The notes beneath the pieces were generated by a model. It was given only the letters and a program-made list of their open reading frames with translations, was not told where the DNA came from and searched no databases. This document shows positions 35,201 to 46,655 of a DNA stretch of 64,000 bases, piece by piece; the stretch's first letter is position 1; each line of letters opens with the position of its first letter. This DNA is from Lama glama. Taxonomy: Eukaryota. The DNA lies in the NCBI GenBank assembly GCA_028534125.1, contig CM052849.1, positions 496,001 through 560,000 of the forward strand, read 5' to 3'. The translations under genes and the position numbers were made by a program.

Positions 35201-38200
35201 TTCATTCATTGTAGGTTATTTTCTGGGTGTTCACGTGACAGGATTTCTTTGTCTTCTGGGAACTTTCTCACTGGGACGAGACACATGCATGGGCAATAGC
35301 TGACCACTGGAGGGACCCAGCAGCTGAGTGCAGGGCAGGCCAGCTTCCAGGAGTGAACGGACCCGCCAGCACAGGGAGGAGGCCTCCCGGCCCCGCGGCG
35401 GCCTGGCCCACCCGAGAGCATCCCCCTTCCTGGCAGCAATGGGGTCAGGATGCCTGAATCCCCGGGGCTCCCGCCCACAGCCCACCCGTTAGAGGGGCAG
35501 GATGGGGACACGGGGGTGATGGAGGAAGGTGGTCGGCCTGCGGCATCTCTGGGGTCAGCTGTGCAGCGCTTGGTGGACAGTGACGGGGCGTCCAGCTCTC
35601 CTGAGGGGGTGCTGACTGCAGTCCTGGGCCCCGCCTCTAAATGGACCCTCCAGGCCAGCTACCCAGAGAGAGGAAGGGCTTGATCACCGGAGCCAAGGAG
35701 GTGAAATGTGCCGGAAGCCACCCAGCCCCACAGGAGGGGGAGCAGGGCCGCCACAGGCCTCCTCAGGGTGCTGGGTCCGCCCCGTCTGTGGAGTTCCACT
35801 GCCCCTCGCTCTTGGGGAGCACTCGCCAGTCTTGCTGCCCAGGGTACACAGCAGCAGCCCTCGCAGGGCCAGTAGCCTCTCCTCGGCCACCCCTGTGGGA
35901 ATGGGGACTTTGCCCCAGATGTCCAGAGGCTGCCCCCGGCACAGGCCAGCCTCAGGGTGGTGGGTGTGTGAGTCCATGTGTGCGCATCTGTGTCCACTTC
36001 CTCGCTCAGCTGGCAGTCTGGGGCCCCAGTGTCCCCTGCAGCCCACTGCCCACGTCTGCCAAGGTGCGCGCAGGTGGGGCACAGCCTGGGAGCTCTGCTC
36101 TCTGCAGTTCTGTGCCCAGCAGGCTCTCCCCAGAGATGGGCCCGGCCCAAGAGCTTCCAGGCCAGCCAGCCGCATCTTAATGAAGCCGCCTGTTTCCCTG
36201 AGTCCCTCTGAGACCTTACTTACTGTCATCGGAAAGGGATTATTTGCATTGATGGGGCTGCTTCCATACTTTGCTGCATCCCCATGGCCACACTCACAGG
36301 GCTCTGAGTCCCCGGCACCACGTTGGAGGGGAAGAGGGGGCGGCCTTCCGCCTGACCCACACTGCAGATGGACAGTGACACCAACTGGCTGAGGGACACT
36401 ATTGTGCCAGGCTCCTTGCAGCCCTGAGCCCCACCGCAGGCCTCATCAGAGCTGGCCGGCCGGGCAGCCCTCGGGCATGCAGGGAGGGGGCCTGCGGTGG
36501 AGACCTCACGTGCCCTCAGGGGAATGCACCCCCTGCCGGGAGAAGGTCCATGTGCAGCCGTGGTCCTTGGGGAGCCCGAGAGTGCCAGCCCTGGCCACCA
36601 ACGCCACCTTCACTGCGTGATGAGGTCACAAGAGGTCCTGGGGAAGAATCCAGAAAATGCATTCTGGGATGAAGGTTGAGTCAGAGGTGGGAAAAAAGGG
36701 AGAAGAATCAAGGCCAGGGTGACAGGGAGGAGCCAGGGGAGGTGGCAGGACAGGTGTGCAGGGAGGGGCCGGCCGCTGTGGGGGGCGCTCAGGTGGGTGG
36801 GGTGTCTCCTGGGGGGGCGGGGCTAGCTGTCCTCACCAGGAGAGGCCAGCCCCAGAGCCTCGCAGTCCCTGCCCTGCAGGCGCACACACGTGGCTGAGAA
36901 GACAGAATGCGGCCTCTCCTGGGGTGCAGTGCCACCGAGGAAGAGGCCTTCCCATCAGGGCCAGCCTCTGGGGGCCGCCGGCCCAGGCAGCCTCACGACC
37001 GGCCGCGGTGGTGGAGGAGAGAGCTGATGCTGACTCTAGGTGACAGACCTGGCGGAGAAAGGATGTCGATGGTGCCGCTCTTCTAATTAAGGAACTAAGC
37101 TGTTAGAACCTAGGCTTCCCCCTGACGTGGCTGCTTTCAGCAAAATACCTCTGGTTCTGCTGTTTCCCACACACAGACCTGGCAGCAGTTAAAATAGAGA
37201 TGCCGAGATTCCAAAGTTTCATCCCGTGAACCCATCTGGTTTAAAGAAGTACAACAAGTGGGAAAGGGAGTTGAATCAAAGCACAACTTGTGTTTTCCTA
37301 AATACGGAAAGCATGTGAGGTAGGCCAGCAAACAGCCCCACCCCTCCCGGGGCCCAGGGCTGCCCCCGCAACCCCCCCTCTGCTGGACCCCAGTCGGGAC
37401 TCAGAGGCCACTCCAAGGCGGGTGTTGGAGGTGTTGGAGGGGGACAGGGCTGTGCAGAGGTCCCCACGGAGAAGCCGGGTTCTGGACCCTCACAGAGGAC
37501 AGGCCTCCCCATTTGCAAGGCACCGGACTCACTCTCCCGGGCTCCGCCTCCCTCTGGCTGCCTGCACAGGCTTTGATCTGCAGCACACCTGGAGACCAGT
37601 GCCTCCCCCCAGCAGCGTCACACGTGTCCCACACCCACTGTGGGCTCCTCTGCTGGGCAGAAGGGGGCTGCAGGGGCCCTCCCTCCTCAACTCCAGGCCC
37701 CAGGAGCTGGATCTCAGCTCACGGCCCCACGAGGCTTCCCCGGGGGGCTGTGTAACCCACCCCTCCAAGACATTTGTCACCAGACTGCTGTACCCATAGC
37801 TCACCGGGCACCTCATCCCCTAAGGGCCTTTGGGGTCCCCAGCCTCACCCGAGTGTGGTGCAGGGGTCCATCCAGCGCGTCCTCACACCAGTGAGCAGTT
37901 CTGTGGGGTCACAGGGCTCCTACATAGGGGCCCTGGGCACATAGAGGAAGGGGGCTTGCGGGGTGCACTGGGCAAGTCTCCAGAACCACCAGCCGCTTGT
38001 GCCAGGGCACCGGGAGGGACGGGCAGTTCCCTGAGCCATCCCAGGGGCTGGACGGCTCACATCCCAGACAGAGGCTCCAGGATCATGGGAGATGTCCCAC
38101 CACGTCCCAGAGTCCTTGGGTCCCCGAGGCCCCGATGAGGGGCCAAATGTGTGAAAGGGGAGCGGATAGGCCCCACCTGCCTCCACTTGCTCAAGGTCAC

Positions 38201-40644
38201 CTCTTTCCCACAGTGGATGTCCATCATTTTCAGAAAAGCTTCAAGACTGAAGGACCAAAAAAAAAAGACTGAAGGACCCTCTGGTCCAAGCTCTCGTCCT
38301 CCCCAGCAGCTGTACATCTGGAGAGAGCGAGGGGAGCAGTGCAGGCCTCTGGGCCAACGGGGAGCCCAGAGGAAGATGCTCTGGGGGGCCCACGAGATGC
38401 AGGTGGAATAGGATCTGGGCCCCACACAGCACGGCTCAGAGGCATGGCCAAGCAGGAATGAGGGGCTGGGAAGAGGGAGAGGACAGTCACAGGAGGACAA
38501 GGATTGTCCGGGGAAGGTCAGACTGCACCTGCAGTGGGGGGGGGGAGCACACCTAGCCCTTGTTTCAGGGACGAGGGCCCGAGATGGCCCGAGCGCCACT
38601 CTGAAATGTGGAGTGCATGGCAGAAGCTGGATGACCCTAGCCAGCCCTTCCCTGTGACCCCCAGGATGAAAGTGATAGCAGCCTGTGGCGGTGGCAGATA
38701 GCAGGGCACCCACCTGAGAACCAGCATTTGCCCTTCACGGGGACTGGATGCTGGTCAGCAATAGAGACCTGGCCAGCACAGCATGGTTGGCCAGGCACTC
38801 AGCTCACCATGCCAATGTCACTTGCTCCCAGCCAGGCAAAGGCCTCCACAGGGGCCGTGGGGAGGAAACCACACTCTGGGGCTGCTCCCCAGGCCGGGCA
38901 AGCATCTGTAGTGTCCGCCCACCAGCCGCCTGGCAGGGGGCCTGCTGTTCACCTTGATTCCATTCCCGATCCTTAGCGTGTGAGTGGCCCCCGTGCCGGA
39001 CAGCAGTGCAGCTCTGCATCTCAAATGGGTGGCGATCTTGGGAGCGGGCTGTGCACACGGGTGCGTCCTCTTACCTGCAAACACCATCGTTAGTGTTGGG
39101 GAGCTTCTCCTCACTTCAGCTTTGATGTCTGCAACCATGGTTCCCATCCCAAGCCCCCAGCCCCCACGGTCTGGATGGTTCAGGGAAGAGGGAGGCCCGA
39201 GAACCAGTGTCTGCAGGGGAGACCAGCTCAGCTGGGCAGACCACTGCCCATCACTCCTGCAGGCCTCCCAGGACAAGGTGGGTGCCAGGTGCACTCATGA
39301 CCCCAAGCAGGGAGCCCATTGACACAGCAGGCTTGCCCAGAGGGAGCCCTGCAGTTGGGGGTGGACGGGTGCCCATCAGGGCTAGGTGTCCAGGGCCGCC
39401 CTTAGGAGTGTGTTCCTGATGCTACGTCCAGGGAGCTGCTGGCCAGATGCTGCGAGTCTTCATGCCCTGGTGCAGGTGCTCTGTGAAGCTCTGAGGGGCC
39501 CTGGCTCCAGAGCTCACCCCTCAGCAGCTTTGGTTGCCCCCTCCCTTCCTAGACCTGCCTCTCAGGAACAGGTCCTGCCATCCGACTGCTAAGCTCTTGG
39601 TCACTTCCCGCCACCAGGGCAAACGCATCTGGAAAAAAAAAGAGTACAGCCCAGAGCGGACATCAGGAAATGCCTGGCCGGGCCCTCAGAGAGGTGGCAC
39701 CAGGCTGCCAGGGCCACATGGCAGCAGTTGTCACGAACACACTGGGACAGGCACAGAAGGGGGACAGAACCTCAGCCACTCGCACTTCCCATCCATCTCG
39801 TGTCCAAGCCGGCAGCCTTGACGGTGACCGCCGTCCATCAGCACTTCCTGCCTGGACTCAGGAAGGGAGGGATCAAAGGGTTCCTCTGGCCCCATCCCTG
39901 GTGTTGAGCTGATGGGGAGAGGTCCCTCACCACCTGGCCTGGGAAAAACGCTTCACAGGCAGGTTTCAAGATGACTCATGACCACTGTCATTGTGCCTCC
40001 GTCCAGGTCACTCCATGGGGACACTCACAGTGAATAAAGTCAATAAACAGGGGAAAACGCAGGCCTGGGCCGGGGCCAGACTGGGAAACGCTACCAGAGC
40101 AGAACTGTCTGTTTTTGTCTTTCCCGAACAGAGTCAGGGCTTTCCCTCTTCCCCTCCTGCCCCCAGCGGACAGTGTCCTGTCCTGTGTGATGGTGACTGT
40201 TGTCCTGCCTTCTGTAGAAAAAACACAGGCATCTGTCCTGAGAACAGGCCAGGAGTGGGGGCCCAAGTCCTCAAGAGGGAAACGTCCGGGTGAGGAATTT
40301 AAGTAACAAGGTCCCTTGCACACCTGGGATGAAGGAGACTCGGCAGCACAACCAGGGGGAGGCTGGGCTGGGGACGCAAGGTGGAAGTGGGGGCGGGGCG
40401 CACGGACTAGCCGGGAGAGGTCGCTGGGAGGCGTGGCCTGGGAGGGGGCTGGGAGGAGGGGCTCGGAGCGCACTGCAGGGACCCCCGCCCCGCGCAGAGC
40501 CCGACCTTCGGACTGTGGGGACGTGGCTGAGGGGACCGCGAGTCCCCGAGTCGAACAGAACTCGCTCTCCCCAAGACATCCCGCGCGATGTAACTGGACG
40601 CAAAGAAATGGACACTCAGGCAGCTTCCAAAAGAGGCGAAACCG

Positions 40645-40650
40645 TTTATC
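40645..40650 (-). terminator. TBX1: Candidate non-canonical TBX1 poly(A) signal GATAAA
   Basis: No minus-strand AATAAA seen near the stop. GATAAA has upstream UGUA repeats and a downstream U/GU-rich stretch (gagtgtccatttctttgcgt). Confidence 0.5.
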
Positions 40651-40998
40651 AAGTCGGCGCCGGCACGGTTATCTACAGTATCTACAAATATCTACAAGTC
40701 TCTACACCGCCTGCAGACAGGGTTCTCGGGTCGTCTACACTGCAGCTGCCAGCTGGGCCGGGGGAGGACGCGGTCTCGCGGAGAACAATAAATATCACTT
40801 CCTTCCGCCGCGAACCGCGCGCTTTGGCACTGGCGGCGCGGACCCGGGGAGGGACCCGCAGTGGCCCCGGGGCCAGGGCACCAAGTCCTTGGACGGCTCT
40901 GGGTCTGGCGGGAGGAGGGCCCGATGGCTTGGAGGCCGGGGAAGGGGCACCGCGGTGGTCCACGCTGGGTGGACCGGACCCACGGGCGGGCACCCGCA

Positions 40999-41929
<931 letters not shown>

Positions 41930-41932
41930 TCA

Positions 41933-42106
<174 letters not shown>

Positions 42107-42632
42107 TTAGGGCCCCTCTACTATCCGCGAACAAGAAGCAGCGGGCCCACAACTGCTCCCTCCCCAGTGGAGGCTGTGCCTCTCTCCTTCGACAGGGGTG
42201 CCAGGGAGCCCCCTTTATTGCTAAGGAATCCGTCTTTTCTGCCCCCAGTGGTTAGGATGGAGACCCTGTGCCCTCCCCCAGCTGGGATGGGAATGTGGTC
42301 ACTTCCACCCCCCATGCCGCAGCAGTGGGGAGTGGAGGGGCGCCCTAGGAATCTGGGTAAACCGCTCATCAGGCCCCTGATGGGGAGTTTCCGGAATGGT
42401 TTGGTAAACAAACTTTCAGGCCACAGTGACAGTTGCCACACGAGAGGTCAGCCTGATAGGAGGCTGGTCCTGCCTGTGGCAGGGGGCTCCTCGGGGGATC
42501 GGCTGCTCGAGGACCTCAGGGGTGGGGCTCCATTGGGCTGGCTTTACAGGAACCGAACCTCTGTCCCCCAGGCAGCAACTGAAAATTGCACCCCTTCCCA
42601 GAAGTGTTGACTGTGCCAGGCCTCGGCCTCAC

Positions 42633-42788
42633 CCGGTGGTTCTGGTAGGCTGTGACCGCGGTGAAGCGCGTCTCCTCAAACACAAAGGTTTTGAAGTTCT
42701 CCTCTGCGTATTTCTCACTGTCTTTGCGCGGGTCCACGTAGACCACGTGGAAGCGTGGCTGGTATCTATGCATGGAGTTGAGAATAAT
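42633..42788 (-). CDS. TBX1: TBX1 exon 6 ([16 protein letters not shown]...[11 protein letters not shown]), T-box
   Basis: Acceptor ttccag|ATT and donor CGG|gtgagg; 156 nt; T-box motifs [10 protein letters not shown] and AVTAYQN. Confidence 0.97.
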
Positions 42789-43101
42789 CTGGAAGACAAG
42801 GTGGCGAGGTCTGAGCTAGGAAACCAGCCGAGGTCCGGACAGGCAGCGAACTTCTAGACAACCCGGCAAAATCCTGAACTCCCTAAGTGAGGCCAGGCTG
42901 AGGGGCCAAGCAGAGCTGGGACCCTCTTTCCTTAGGTCCTGGAGAAGCAATGCCTGCTCTGTGTGGGGCAGCTACCAGCCTTTCCGCCTGGATTCCAGAG
43001 GCTGCGGCCCCCACCCCCCCACACATGGCCCCACCCTTTCCAGCTAAAAAGCTTCCAGCCAAAAACAGAAGTAGGGGAAGGGAAGAAGTATGACCCCTCT
43101 A

Positions 43102-43332
<231 letters not shown>

Positions 43333-43832
43333 NNNNNNNNNNNNNNNNNNNNNNNNNNNNNNNNNNNNNNNNNNNNNNNNNNNNNNNNNNNNNNNNNNNN
43401 NNNNNNNNNNNNNNNNNNNNNNNNNNNNNNNNNNNNNNNNNNNNNNNNNNNNNNNNNNNNNNNNNNNNNNNNNNNNNNNNNNNNNNNNNNNNNNNNNNNN
43501 NNNNNNNNNNNNNNNNNNNNNNNNNNNNNNNNNNNNNNNNNNNNNNNNNNNNNNNNNNNNNNNNNNNNNNNNNNNNNNNNNNNNNNNNNNNNNNNNNNNN
43601 NNNNNNNNNNNNNNNNNNNNNNNNNNNNNNNNNNNNNNNNNNNNNNNNNNNNNNNNNNNNNNNNNNNNNNNNNNNNNNNNNNNNNNNNNNNNNNNNNNNN
43701 NNNNNNNNNNNNNNNNNNNNNNNNNNNNNNNNNNNNNNNNNNNNNNNNNNNNNNNNNNNNNNNNNNNNNNNNNNNNNNNNNNNNNNNNNNNNNNNNNNNN
43801 NNNNNNNNNNNNNNNNNNNNNNNNNNNNNNNN
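43333..43832. other. Assembly gap (500 N) hiding TBX1 exon 4 and the 5' part of exon 5
   Basis: The T-box segment RMFP...YRY...HPDSP expected between exons 3 and 5 was not found in called sequence. Confidence 0.95.
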
Positions 43833-44909
43833 TCCCCCAACTCTCCCCTCCCCTGGAGTCTGACTTGGTGATGGTTCCAGGCTCTGGAAAGGATATTCTG
43901 AAGCTCCTGCATGGGCCGCTGGCCGTGGGCCGGCCCTGTCCTGATGCCATAGCAGTGCTGGCCGCTGGGCCCTGGAGGACAGTATGAGGCTTGGCCCCCA
44001 CCTGCCCGTCCTACGGCCACCCCTCACAGGCAGCTCCTTGTGGGCAGTGGGCAGTTAGCAGATGCCACGGAGCCAGCCTCCTGGCCAGTCCTGCCTCACC
44101 CTCCCACCACCCTCTACAGGCAGGAGGGAGCTGCAAAATGCAGGCTTCTGGGGCAAGCCTGGTTGCACCAAGGCCCTTGCTGGGCTGGACTGGGCCAGAG
44201 GCTGGGGCACAGTCCTGTGGGCAGCGGGGTGGGGGAGGCCGTGTGCTCGGCAACAGCAGGAGAGCCTGGAGAAGACCCCTGACCTGGAGCTGGAGCCTCC
44301 CCCAGGGAGGACACCGCGGCAGGGAAAGAGAAACCACGAGAAGGCTCTACAAACAGGCCCTGAGATCCCCTCCTCTGTGCGGACTCGGAGCCGGTGTCTC
44401 CTGTGTACATTAGACACAGATCGGCACCCGCCATTGTCTGCTGGTCAAATCGGTTGCATCGCAAAACTTGTTCCCCTTCTCTCTGGGCCCTTAAAACAAA
44501 CACAGGCCAATTGAAGGCGGCGGCCAGGGCGGCAGAGCCAGGCCCCACAGTCGCCCGAAACGCAGGCCTGAGAAAGCTGGGTAGCAACTTTACCGAGAAC
44601 AGCAGTTTTTAAGGGGCTTAACTCTATGCTACAACGCTCCAGACCATGGACCGGCTGCACCTCTATCTATCCCGGATGGACTGAACTAGGGAACCAAAGC
44701 AAGGAGTTTCCTTTGAGAAGCTGGGATCCACAGGGAGCCGCCTGGTTGGCGAGGCCCCTGGGAGGGCCGGGTGAGCGGAGCCAGCCCGCACATTGGGCGG
44801 CCAGAGTCCTGGGACTGCGGCTGCACCCTGGTAGCCAGTCTCCCGGCCCTGGCCGTCCACTCGGCCCGTGCGCTTAGCGGCTGACGCTGGACCCGGGACC
44901 GCAGAGCTA

Positions 44910-45311
<402 letters not shown>

Positions 45312-45443
45312 NNNNNNNNNNNNNNNNNNNNNNNNNNNNNNNNNNNNNNNNNNNNNNNNNNNNNNNNNNNNNNNNNNNNNNNNNNNNNNNNNNNNNNNNN
45401 NNNNNNNNNNNNNNNNNNNNNNNNNNNNNNNNNNNNNNNNNNN
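45312..45443. other. Assembly gap (132 N) hiding the TBX1 exon 3 acceptor and the expected MISAVSSPW-type alternative start
   Basis: N-run directly upstream of PGAASPG; content inferred from orthologues. Confidence 0.9.
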
Positions 45444-46471
45444 CGAGGTGAGCGCTGCCCCGCGCCCCGGGCCGAGTGGCGGGCGTGCGCCGCGCTGCGC
45501 CCCGGGGCCGCGCCGCCCCACACCGCCGCCCGCCAAGCCGCCCCGCCCCGCCCCGCCCCGCGCCCCCGCCCCCGCCGAGACAATGGCCTCCCGCGGCCCC
45601 CTCCCCCGCCCCCGCCCGCGCCCGGCCCCCCGACCGCCCGGACCGGCTCCCCCGAGCGCCCGCCGGCCGCCCCTCGCTCTGCCGCCCTCCCGCGTAGCAC
45701 TGCTCTCTCCAGGCTCCTTCCGATTCGTTATTTCCTTACCTTTGTCTTCCTCGTGCGAACCTCCCCTCCGCATCCTCTGTCCTCCCTCCACTATCTCTTT
45801 CAAGTCTCGTTATTTCTGTTTTATTTTCTGCTTCAGCCTCTTTTTCCTGCTAGTCCCTCATCGCTTTCTTTTTGGTCAGTCTGTCTTTCCCCTCATCTCT
45901 CTCTGTGCCTGTGTTATTCACGCTTTTTAACTCTTTTTTAAAAAAAATAAAAACTGCAGTCTAATTTTTTTTGGTGACTTGACTTTGTTTCTTCCATTTT
46001 CCCCACTTTCTTCTCTATCGTTCTTGCTCTCTGCTTTGTTTTTCATCTTTCCGTTTTATGGTTTTCTCTCCTTTTCTCAGTATCTTTTCTTCCCACCGCC
46101 CCCACCGTTCGCTCTTCCTTTTCCGTGTCCCACCTCAGTCCTCTCCCCATTCCTCCCACCTCTCCGAGCTCACAGCCACCTCTGCCCCCTTTCTCTGGCC
46201 TCCTCTCCTGTCCTCCACCCCCTTGCTCTCCTTATTCTGGGCCTGCGTCTAGCTGGGTGTGGGTCTCTCCGTTGGGGTCCCCAGGCTGGAGGGGGTATCC
46301 TGCCCACCCTTCCTCTCCGCCCCAGAGTCCAAGCTGGAAGCCCCATCCCACCAGTGCTCCCTCTACCCACTCTCCGCCCGGACCCTGCCAACCCTCTTTG
46401 CTTGGGCCCCACCGCAGCAGGGGCAGGGGGTCTGGCGAGAGGATCTGAGTTCACTCAGCAGGGAGGCTCAC

Positions 46472-46505
46472 CTTCCATGTCCCTGGTGACAGTGCTGAAG
46501 TGCAT
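46472..46505 (-). CDS. TBX1: TBX1 exon 2 coding part (MHFSTVTRDME); exon spans 46472-46591 when spliced from exon 1
   Basis: ATG at 46505; donor G|gtgagc at 46471; acceptor ctctctggttgcag|G at 46591; peptide matches the recalled classical human TBX1 start. Confidence 0.92.
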
Positions 46506-46655
46506 CCCGGCCGGGGATCCCAGCAGCCGGCCAAGCTTCACCCAGTTAGAGGACCCAGGGCCCAGGCGAGAGGTGCGCTCTGCGGTCTCTCCTGCAACCA
46601 GAGAGGCAATGCTGAACGCGCTGGCCCGGGGAGACAGCGGGCTCCGCGCGTCCAT
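46506..46655 (-). CDS. TBX1: Putative alternative in-frame N-terminal extension of TBX1 (50 aa, MDARSPLSPRASAFSIASLVAGETAERT...GSPAG) with eh1 motif
   Basis: ATG at 46655, exactly 150 nt upstream of the MHFST ATG, in frame, no stop. RASAFSIASLV resembles the eh1 context of TBX20/15/18/22. Confidence 0.65.
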
